64,000 nucleotides of DNA from Malacoraja senta (lineage: Eukaryota), in the NCBI GenBank assembly GCA_038087875.1, contig CM075991.1, positions 4,216,001-4,280,000 of the forward strand. Reading direction: 5' to 3'. The notes beneath the pieces were generated by a model. That model made no database searches and was not told the DNA's origin. It worked only from the letters and a program-made list of their open reading frames with translations. The translations under genes and the position numbers were made by a program. How positions within the stretch are numbered: position 1 is the first letter of the stretch; every line of letters begins with the position of its first letter. This document shows positions 27,301 through 39,300 of this stretch, in pieces.

Positions 27301-30300
27301 GAGTTTGTACATTCTCCAGTGGGCCAAAGGACCTGTTTACTTGCTGTATGTCTGGACTAAACTAAACTAAACTAAGGAGGCCATTTGGCCCATTGAGTCT
27401 ATGATGGTTCTCAGAGCAAGCCCATTCCCCTGTTTAGTTTCACCATCATCTGCTCCCTCTCACATGCTCAACAACAACTGTCTCAATGGTTAAACTCTGG
27501 ATTTTGTTCTTAATAATCTCCATCTCACACATAAGATGCTCGTTAAAAATCTCTCTCTGCTGGACAATCAACAGGTAATGTTTCAATGCGTGCCGTTGGA
27601 TCGATGGGCAGGATTGGCGGTTCTTGAATGTGGAACAATAGACAATGATGTTTCTTTCACTCAAAGATTCACTCTGATGTACTATTTTTGTCAGTAGCAA
27701 AAATCTAAATCCTTGAACCAAATTTAGTCGTTAACAAACTAGTGTCATCAAATGTGGGAAATTTGATGGGGGGGTCAGATGGTTGGATGAATTGTGACGA
27801 ACCATCCATTCCAATGTTAATCAAATATTGACTCATTGCGTTATGGATGATGAAATAGAAACTGTAAATTAAAAAATGATGTTAAATATGAAGCAGGAAG
27901 TGAAATAGCCTAGGGAAGGAAGAGATGATGTGCTAATTTAAAACAAAATGTTCTTACTTTACACACAAATGTTTAATGGATATGGAAGGTACACAAAAAT
28001 GCTGGGGAAACTCAGCGGGTGCAGCAGCATCTATGGAGCGAAGGAAATAGGTAACGTTTCGGGCCGAAACCCTTCTTCAGACTGATAGGGGGTGGGGAGA
28101 AGAAAGGAAAAAAGGAAAAGGTGGAGGAGGAGCCCGAGGGCTGGGGGAGGGGAGGAGACAACCAGATGGCTGATGAAGGGGAGGGGACAGCCAGGGCTAG
28201 CAGAATTGGGAGAATTCAATGTTCAGGCCACCAGGATGTAGACTGCCCAAGCGGAATATGAGGTGCATTTTCTCCAATTTACGGTGTTGCTCGCTGTGGC
28301 TATGGAGGAGACCCAGGACAGAGAGGTCAGATACGGAATGGGAGGGGGAGTTGAAGTGCTGAGCCACCGGGAGTTCAGGTTGGTTATTGCGGACCGACCG
28401 GAGGTGTTCGGCGAAACGATCGCCAAGCCTCCGCTTGGTCTCACCGATGTAGATCAGCTGGCATCTAGAGCAGCGAATGCAATAGATGAGGTTGGAGGAG
28501 ATGCAGGTGAACCTCTGTCGCACCTGGAACGACTGCTTGGGTCCTTGAATGGAGTGGAGGGGGGAGGTGAAGGGACAAGTGTTGCATCTCTTGCGGTTGC
28601 AAGGGAAAGTACCAGGGGAGGGGGTGGTATGGGAGGGAAGGGAAGAATTGACAAGGGAGTTACGGAGGGAGCGGTCTTTGCGGAAGGCAGACATAGGGGG
28701 AGATGGGAAGATGTGGCGAGTGGTGGGGTCACGTTGGAGGTGGCGAAACTGACGGAGGATCACTTGTTGTATGTGACGGCTGGTGGGGTGAAAGGTGAGG
28801 ACTAGGGGGACTCTGCCTTTGTTGTGAGTGGGGGGATGGGGAGAGAGAGCAGTGTTGCGGGGTATGGCAGAGACCCTGGTGCGAGCCTCATCTATGGTGG
28901 AGGAGGGGAACCCCCGTTCCCTGAAGAATGAGGACATTTAATGGATATAATGCTTCACTCAGTTGAAGTGTTAGACAATAGACAATAGACAATAGGTGCA
29001 GGAGTAGGCCATTTGGCCCTTCGAGCCAGCACAGCCATTCAATGTGATCATGGCTGATCATCCACAATCAGTACCCCGTTCCTGCCTTCTCCCCATATCC
29101 CCTGACTCCGCTATTTATAAGAGCCCTATCTAGCTCTCTCTTGAAAGCATCCAGAGAACCTGCCTCCACCACCCTCTGAGGCAGAGAATTCCACAGACTC
29201 ACCACTCTCTGTGAGAAAAAGTGTTTCCTCGTCTCCGTTCTAAATGGCTTACTCCTTATTCTTAAACTGTGGCCCCTGGTTCTGGACTCCCCCAACATCG
29301 GGAACATGTTTCCAGCCTCTAGCGTGTCCGAGCCCTTAACAATCTTATATGTTTCAATGAGATGCCCTCTCATCCTTCTAAACTCCAGAGTGTACAAGCC
29401 CAGCTGCTCCATTCTCTCAGCATATGACAGTCCCGCCATCCCGGGAATGTTCTGGTTGATTCTTGTGCGAGTGGGTAAAATATTGATTGAAGGAAATGAA
29501 AGACAATAAATTGAAGGCTTTGTGGTTTTCCCAGTGTTAGGTTCCCACCAAGGTCCAGTGAAAAGCACTTCTGTTGCGTGCTATCCAGTCAGTGGATTTA
29601 CATAATTACAATCAGGCCGTCCACAGGATAAAGGGAATAACGGTTAATGCAAGATAAAGTCCAGTGAAGTCTGACTAAAGATAGTCCAAGGTAGACAAAA
29701 ATGCTGGAGAAACTCAGCGGCTGAGGCAGCATCTATGGAGCGAAGGAAATGGGTGATGTTTCGGGTCGAGACCCTTCAGACTGGAGTTTCTCCAGCATTT
29801 TTGTCCACCTTAGATTTTTCCAGCATCTGCAGTTCTTTCTTATAAATAGTCTGAGGGTCTCCAATGAGGTAGATGGTCGGTAAGGACTGCTCTCTAGTTG
29901 GTTACAGGATGGTTCAGTTGCCTGATAACAGCAGGGAAGAAACTGACCCTGAATCCGGAGGTGTGCGTTTTCACACTTCTGTACCTCTTGCCCAGTGGGA
30001 GAGGGGGGAAGAGGGAGTGATTATGAATTTGAGCTGGTTGACTGGATTAGTTGAGTATTACACAGCATGGTACAGTGTATAAATCCTGGAAGAGCTGCAG
30101 AGGGTGGAATGGAGGGGGAAGCAAATTGGTTTTCTGTTGCAAGTAAAATGCATCTAATGCAGATACACTTTTATAATGTGGTCAGTGCTGCGATGAGGGA
30201 AATGACTCATCCAACTTACAAACACCCACGATTGGTATTGTGACCACCAACAGAATATGTTGTTTTCAAGAGATGTTAATTTTGACAAGAGAGATGCTAT

Positions 30301-33300
30301 TGAGATGGCATTTCAAGATGGTTCTTTCAAGCGGTTTGAGATGAGATTGTATTAATTTACATCACAAGTTACAACTGTGAGCAATTTTGGCTGCCATATC
30401 TGAGGAAGGATGTGCTGGCTCTGGAGAGGGTGCAGGGGAGGATTACGGGAATGATCCCAGGAATGAGTGGGCTAACATATGATGAATGTTTGACGGCACT
30501 GGGTCTGTACTCGCTGGAGTTTAGAAGGATGAAGCCTTGAAACTTACCGAATAGTGACAGGCATAGATAGAGTGGATGTGGAGAGAATGTTTCCACTAGT
30601 GCGAGAGTCTAGGACCAGAGGGCACAGCCTCAGAATAAAAGGATGTACCTTTCGGAAGGAGATGAGGAGGAATTTCTTTAGTCAGAGGGTGGTGAATCTG
30701 TGGAATTTATTGCCACAGACATCTGTGGAGGCCAAGTCAGTGGATATTTTTAATGTGGAGACTGACAGATTCTTGATTAGAGCGGGTGTCAGGGGTTATG
30801 GGGTTGAGCGGGAAAGATAGATTAGCCATGATTGAGTTGTGGAGTAGACTTGATGGGCCGAATGGCCTAATTCTTCTCCTATAATTAATGAAGTTATGAA
30901 CATATAAAACACAATTCCCCCCCCCCCCATTGATCCTCACAAAAACCCTCAGAATTCAAAGCTTATACTCACGGGTTGCAGTACAGGATAGTGACCAGTG
31001 GAACCCAGTGTTATTTGTCAGAATATCAAGTGTCAATAGTGTTAGGGGCAGAACAGTAAAGGGCCTGTCCCACTTGCGTGTCCTTGGCATGCAAATTACG
31101 CGACCTCGTGGTCGCGTTGAGGCGCACGGGCATCGTATGGCTGCGCGGGGCCGGTCCCACTGAGAAGCGGGGAGGGGTATGTAGTTGTGGGCGACATCGC
31201 GCGGGGCTCCGAAATATTTGTAGCGAACAAAATCTTCACGCGCCAACGGCCTGTCGCATAAGTGACGGCCAAAGTGGGACAGGCCCAAGACTCTGGCGCG
31301 ACGCAACGTCTCACCTCCAACAGCAGCAGAAGCAGGCAAACGATCGCCAAGCTCAGCCTGGGGCTCACGGCCGTTGCGGATCCGGATCCGCCCCCACTTC
31401 TACTCCCAGAGCGGGGCCAAGAAAATTGAATATAGACACAAAATGCAGGAGTAACTCAGCAGGACCGGCAGCATTTCTGGAGAGAAGCAATGGGTGATGT
31501 TTCGGGTCAAAGACCCTTCTTTTCAGACTGAAGAAGAGTCTCGACACGAAACGTCACCAATTCCTTCTCTCCAGAGATGCTGCCGGTCCCGCTGAGTTAC
31601 TCCAGCATTTTGCGTCCATCTTCAAATAATGTCACGTGCTCCAGATGGCTGTACGGGTGCATGAAATCGCGCACGACCTTCGCTGGACCGTCGCTGCTCA
31701 ACGCGACCACGAGGTCGCGTAATTAGCGTGCCAAGGACAGGTAAGTCGGACAGGCCCTTGACGCAGCAGTAGAGTTGTTGCCTTACAACACCAGAGACCT
31801 GAGCTCGATCCTGACCTCGGGTGCTGTCCGTACGGAGTTTGCACGTTCTCCCTGCGTGGGTTTCCTCCGGGTGCTCCAGTTTCCTCCTACACTCCAAAGA
31901 TGTGCAGGTTTGTAGGTTAATTGGCTTCTGTAAATTGTCCCAAGCATGTTGGGTAGATCACTGGTTGTCGCAGACTCTGTGGACCGAAGAGTTAAATTTA
32001 ATTTAACTCTAAAACTAAATTGCCCGTTAGAGTGTAGGATCCGAAAGTGGGATAACACGGAACTAGAGTACCGGTGATTGTTGGTTGGCATCGACTCGGG
32101 CCGAAGGGCCTGTTTCCCTGCTGTATCTCGAAACTAAATTGGCATCAATTTTTGGCATCAATTCCAGCAACATCAACCGACTCCAACTGGTCCAGAATGC
32201 AGCCGCCCGACTCATTACCCACACCAAATCCTGACACCACATCATCCCAGTTCTCAAAGAACTCCAGTGGCTTCCCATTTCCCACCGGATCATCTACAAA
32301 ATCCTGGTCCTCACCTACAAAGCCCTCAACCACTTGGCCCCCCCTTATCTCACTGACCTCCTCTCCCCCTACCAACCCTCACGGTCCCTCAGATCCACAT
32401 CAGCTGGTCTCCTCTCCACTCCGAAATCAAACCTCTGCACTTTTGGAGGCAGAGCCTTCTCCAGGGCAGCTCCCAGGCTCTGGAATTCCCTCCCACAACT
32501 GATCCGAAATTCTGAGTCCCTCACCATCCTCCAGTCCTGCCTCAAGACCCATCTCTTCACCTCTGCATACCCTTAGTCCCATGTTCCCCTCCCCTTTGCA
32601 TCTCTGTCTTACTGCTCTATTTTGGTTTGTTTATTCTTGACTCTCAATGTAAAGCGACTTTGAGTCCTGAAAAGCGCTATATAAATAAAATCTATTATTA
32701 TTATTATTAAATTAAGAGTGTTTAATCGTCATATGTACCTACAATGGAACAATCAAATTCTTATGTCAGATTGATTAGTTAACAAGTGTGTTTGCATCGA
32801 AGTGTTAAAACTTTAGCCTCTTCTCTGTCAAAACTGGCTTGGTGGAAGATCCAGGGAGGATATTCCTGGTGGATGGAGATTCTGGAAATAGGTTTCTCAG
32901 CCTCAGGTTATAGGGCGTGCCATTTTGAACAGCTATCAGGAGAAATTGCTTCAGCCCGAAGCTAGTGACCCTGTGGATTTCTCCGCCATTGACATTGTGC
33001 CAGTGGATATATTGACCTGGAAGTTACTGAAGTTATTAAGGCAGTTGTGTTATTCAAGAAGGAAGTCGATATATTTCTCCCTGTAAGAGGGTCCAATGAT
33101 ATGGACAGAAGGTGGCACAGCGGTAGAGTTGCTGCCTTGCAGCACCAGAGTCCTGGGTTCGATCCTGACGATCGGTACCGCCTGTATGAAGGTTGCACGT
33201 TCTCCCTGTGACTGCGTGGGTTTTCTCCGGGTGCCCCGGCTTCCTCCCACTCTCCAAAGACGTGCAGGTTTGTAGGTTAATTGGCTTCGGTAAAATTGTA

Positions 33301-36300
33301 AATTCTCCCTGGTGTGTAGGATAGTGCCAGTGTACGGGGTGATCGCTGGTCGGCGTGGACTCGGTGGGCCGAAGGGCCTGTTTCCGCTCTGCATCTCTCT
33401 AAAATCTCTCTCTCTCTAAAGTTGTGAGGATCAGTCATAATGGTAGGTACACAAAAATGCTGGAGAAACTCAGCGGGTGCAGCAGCATCTATGGAGCGAA
33501 GGAGATAGGCAACGTCAGTCATAATGGTGTTGTATTGTGGAGCAGGCCTGATGGGCTGAATGGCCTGATCCTCTCACTGTCGCTATCTTCTGTGCTCTGA
33601 TGTTGAATACCACGGAGACTCAACCGCATTTAAAAGTTCACATTGATCAGTCACGTACTTTGTGCCATGGCTAATCTTGGGAGTTTTCTCTTTTTTAATC
33701 AGGGGCTCGGACAGCACCCAGACAATGTTTCCAAACCAACACAGGGGGCACTCGGTACAGTTACTGTAAGAAGACAACCTCGTATCGACGCTGCAGGGAT
33801 AAGTGAGTGTTAATGGTGAAACTGTCACATAAAATATTTTACACTTGCCCATTTATAACTTGCTGATTAATCAGTGTAGCACACAGCCTCCCAACCCTCT
33901 GTACACACGGTGGCGCAGTGGTAGAGTTGCTGCCTTACAACGGAGTTTTATGTTCTCCCCATGCCCTGCGTGGGTTTTCTCCGAGATCTTAGGTTTCCTC
34001 CCACACTCCAAAGATGTGCAGGTTTGTAGGTTAATTGGCTTGGTGTATGTGTAAATTGTCCCTAGTGTGTGTAGGATAGTGTTAATGTGCGGGGATCGCT
34101 GGTCGGTGCGGACTCGATGGGCCGAAGGGCCTGTTTCCGCGCTGTATCTCTAAAACTTTTTTTTTTAAACGAAAGTTGCCCAATTATTTCCTTGTCACCT
34201 ATTCTCTCTCACTGAATCATCAGCTCCTCACTGATCCTCCTGCCTCTCCTCCGCACTGGGGCAATTTACAGTGACTAGCTGTGTCGGAAGGAACTGCAGA
34301 TGCTGGTTTAAACCGAAGATGGACCCAAAATGCTGGAGTAACTCAGCGGGTCAGACACCATCTCTGGGGAAAAGGAATAGGTGACGTTCTGGGTTGAGAC
34401 CCTTCTTAAGACTGAAGAAGGGTCTCGACCTGAAACGTCACCTATTCCTTTCGTACAAAGATGCTCAGCTACTCTAGCTTACTAACGAACTAACTGATCG
34501 GAACATTGTTAGGGTGCAGGAGGCAACCAAAGGGCCGCACAATGGCACAGCGGTAGAGTTGCTGCCTTACAGCACAGTGGGTTTTCTCCGGTTATAAATT
34601 CTGCAAGGTAGTGGACAGAATAAAAGATTCTCTTGCCTGGAGTAGGGGAATCGAGAAACAGAGGACATAGTTTAAGGTGAGGCAGGAAAGATTTAATAGG
34701 AACCTGAGGGGTAACATTTTCACACAAATGGTGGTGGGTTTAGCTTAGTTTAGAGATACAGCCCACCAGGTCCACGCCTACCAGCGATCCCCGCACATTA
34801 ACACTATCCTACACACACTAGGGACAATGTTTATATTTTTACATTTACCAAGCCAATTAACCTACAAACCTGTACGTCTTTGGAGTGTGGAAGGAAACTG
34901 AAGATCTCGGAGAAAACCCACGCGGATCACGGGGAGAACGACCAAACTCCGTACAGATAGCACCCGTAGTCAGGATCGAACTCGGGTCTCCGGCGCTGCA
35001 TTCACTGTGAGGCAGCAACTCTACTGCTGCGCCACCTTGACCGCACAATAGTGCATGGAACGAGCTGCTGGAGGAGGGAGTTGAGGCAGATACTATTGCA
35101 ATGTTTAAAAAACATGTGGACAGGTTCATGGATAGCACAGGTTTAGAGGGATGTGGGTCAAACGCAGGCGGGTGGAACTAGTGCAGTTGGGACATGTTGG
35201 TCGGTCATGGGCAAGTTGGGCCAAAGGGCCTGTTTCCATGCTGTATGCCTCTATGACTATGACTTCAAAAGGCAAGACATGTATGCAACACGTAATTAGA
35301 AAAAAAAACAAGTCCATGGAAGCACAAGGGGTCAATGTTCCATTGACAAGGAAGAATTGGGGTAGGACCTGCTAATCGTAGAAAAGTACCTGTACCTGAA
35401 GCTGGTGGTATGAGGCTATCGAGCTGGTCAAGCCTATTCTACTTGTAAAGAAACCCCAGATATCTGCTCCTTAAATTAATTCCTGGTCAAAACAACCAAA
35501 ATCAACCAATTCCAAGAAAGACACAAAATACTTGAGTAACTCAGCGGGACAGGCAGCATCTCTGGAGAGAAGGAATGGGTGACGTTTTGGATCGAGACAA
35601 GGGTCACCCATTCCTTCTCTCCAGAGATGCTGCCTGTCCCGCTCAGTTACTCCAGCATTTTGTATCTGTCTCCGATTGAAAGCAGCATCTGCAGTTCCTT
35701 CCTACTCAACCAATTTCAAGTTTCCAAAGTCAAATCTCAATGCTGAAACGTCTATCAGACCCACACTGTCAACGGGTTTTGGGAGGGAGAGATGTGGGTG
35801 ATCACTGGCCTTTCCTCCTGTCCCACCACTGTAGGGAACTGAGGATCAGTAGGTGGTGTCTGCTAGTGCGTGACCTCTAACATTCTCCTTCCTGGATTTC
35901 AAATATGTCCGAACTGTTACACCTGGAAGACATGAGATTCCTCCTAGCAGGCAAATCAGACCATTTCCAAAAGATTTGGTCTCCATTTATCGACTTATTA
36001 CAAGCATAGGGTGCAACAGAACTTTGAAAATAAATGGTTTCAGGACCTGGTGAGGGGTGTGTAAAGATACGAAGTAGGTACATCCCTTTTATCTTATCTT
36101 ATTTTACTTTCTTATATCTTCTGTTCTCTATTTTTCTCTTTCCTTTTGGTTTTCTTTTTAACTCTTTCTCGTGGGTTACGTTCCTACGGGTTTCTCCTGG
36201 TCACTCTTTCACGCACTCACTATCTTATCTAACTCTTTCTATTTTTCTTCTTTTTAAAGTTTAAAATAAGAAGTGGTACAGGAAATGTATTATGTTATTT

Positions 36301-39300
36301 TGGGCTGATATCACAGCAATGTACACTACTTCTAATAAATAAAATATATATTTTTTTAATTAAAAAAAAAAAAAATCTCCTTCCTCCGCAGGGACATAAT
36401 GTGCGGGCAACTGCACTGTAATGGTGGCAACAAAAGGCCACAATCTCACAGCACTGGGACAATAACCATTGGAAGTCAAGAGTGCCAAGTCGTTCTGGAC
36501 CGGGATGGACTTAACCCAGGATTAGTACACAATGGCGCAAAGTGTGGAGACAACAAGGTAATGAGACGCAGACGCAAACAACTGCAGATGCAGGTTTATA
36601 CCAAAGATACGTACAATGTTCTGGAGTAATTCAGCGGGTCAGGCAGCATCTCTGGACAAAAGGGTTGGGTGATGTGTTGGGTGGGGACAGTCTGAAGAAG
36701 CATCCCCACCCGAAAAGTCATTTATTGAATTTCTCCAGAGATGCTGCTTGACCCGCTGAGTAACTCCAGTACTTTGTGTCTTTTTACTCGTCCGTCAACT
36801 TCTGCGGTTCCTTGTTCCTACATTTTGGATGCTCATTGTAAATCTGCCCTCTCCACAGATGTGCTTGAACGCAGAATGTGTCGAGGTCAGAATGAAGAAC
36901 TGCTCCAGCAAGTGCCCGCAGCACGCGGTAAGGTTGATGCTTGGCCTGGCCACGTTTGTGACCGCCCTTGCCTCTCCATCTTCCACAGGGTCCTTGTCTG
37001 CACCTTTCGGCGTGGTCTACCCTGGGACTTGGCATTAGGCAGGCGCTGCCTAGATCATGCAGGCACCCTGTTCACCATCTCAGTCCCGCTCAGCTGCAGT
37101 ACTATGCAGTAGTGTGGGAATTAAACATAGAACATAGATCAAACAGTACAGCCCAGAACTGGCCCCCCAGCCCACAATGTCCACGCCAGACATGATGCCA
37201 AGTTAAACTGATCTCATCTGCGTGGACATGATCCATATCCCTCTATTCCTTGAACAGCCATGTGCCCTTCTAAACACCACTATCGTATCTGCCTCCACCA
37301 CCACCCCTGGCAATGCATTCCAGGCCCCCACCACTCTCTGTGTAAAAAGCTTCATTAAACTGATTAAATCTCCATTAAACTCTCCCCCTCTCACCATATA
37401 GCTCTGCCTTCTAATGTTGGGTATTTCCACTCTGGGAAAAGGTTCTGACTGTCTCTCATCTTTTTATACGCTTCTATCTCGTCTCAACCTCTCCTATCAT
37501 CCCAGCATTAGTCTGGAGTTTTCAGGGACTGAATATAACAACAAGCAATACAGCATGGGAACGAGCTACGCCCACACCAGCCACCAAACTCCTGCTGACA
37601 TAAATCGGACACTAATACAACTTCTGCTCACCCCATATTCACATCCGCTCTCTTCACCATCGACCACTCGCCCGCACACTAGGGGTGATTTACAATGGCC
37701 GATGAACCTATAACCTGAGGCACAGTGGCACTGCAGGTAGAACTGCTGCCTCGCAGTGCCGGGGACCTGGGTTTGATCCTTATCTCCGACGTGGTCTCTG
37801 TGGAGTTTGCACCTTCTCCTGGTGATCGCAGGGCTTCCTCCGGGTGCTCCGGTTTCTTCCCACATCCCAAAGACGTGCTGGTTTGTGGGTTGTATAGGAA
37901 TGAGCTGCAGATGCCGGTTTATACCGAAGGTGGACACAAAATGCTGGAGTAACTCAGTGGGTCAAGCAGCATATTTTAGGAGGAAAGGAATCGGTCACGT
38001 TTTGGGTCGGAAGCCGTCTGAAAAAGGGTTCTGATTAGAAACTTCACCTATTCTTTTTCTCCAGAGATGCTGCCTGACCTGTGGAGTTACTTCTGCATTT
38101 TGTACCTATAATTCAGGTTGGTAGGTTAATTGGCTTCTCTAAAGTGTCCCGGGGGTGTAGGGAATTGAACCTGAATCTTTGGCACTGTGTGACTCTACTC
38201 ACTGTGCCAACGAGCTTACAGATACTTGCAGAGAACATTCAATAGGAAAGCCTTGGAGGAAAAGGTGCTGGAGAAGGGTGGCGCAGTGGCTCAGCGGTAG
38301 AGTTGCTGCCTCACAGCGCCAGAGACCCGTGTTCCATCCTGACTCCGAGTGCTCTCTGTGCGGAGTTTGTACAGTTTTGGGTTTGGAGTTTGGATTTTCT
38401 CCGGGTGCTCCGGTTTCATCCCACATCCCAAAGACGTGTGGGTTTGTAGGTTAATTCACCTCAGTAAATTGCCTCTATGTGTAGGATGCGAAAGTGGGAT
38501 AACATAGAACTACCATATGGATGATCGATGGTCAGCATGGATTCAGTGGGCCAAATGGCCTGTTTCCATGTGGTGCCTCTATTAAAAAAACAGGTGAGCA
38601 TTCCTTTTGAATGCAGTGTCTTGCAGCCATCTTTTCTAGTTTAGTTTAGAGATACAGCACTGGAACAGGCCCTTCGGCCCACAGAGACCGTGCTGAACAG
38701 AGATCCCCATACACGAACACTATCCTACACACACTGGGGACAACTTACAATGTTGCCAAGCCAATTAGCCCACAAACCTGTACGTCTTTGGAGTGTGGGA
38801 GAAAACCGAAGCACCCGGAGAAAACCCACACAGATCACGGGGAGAAGGTACAAACTCCGTACAGACAGCACCCGTGGTCAGTATCGAACGTGGGTCTCTG
38901 GCGCTGTAAGGCAGCAACTCTACCGTTGTGCCACTGTACAGTCCAGTGAGCGAGGAACAAGAAAAGAAAGGCTTGCTCTTTTATAGCAAGTTTCCTATCC
39001 TCTCTGGCATGCCATGCTTCCCAGCAGTGAGTTTATACTGAAATACTGACGCCATGGTGGTGGGACATTGTGCTCGAGTGCCCTTTGTGTGAAGTATTTA
39101 AGAATTGCTCAGTATTTGGTTCCTCATTGCATCTTTATGTTCATTTTCACAGACCTGTAATCACCTGGAGGAGTGCCAGTTCAAGGCGGGCTACAGTAAA
39201 CACAGCAGCATGCTTCCTGTAGCCGGTAACGTTACCACAAGACCACCGCGTCAAGGCTTCGGTTCCCCCATTGAGTTTGATAATCCCCACTTCACCATGT

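Noticed and set aside
33111..33190. tRNA genes at SINE heads
   Set aside because: A/B boxes continue straight into the V-domain; these are SINEs, not tRNAs
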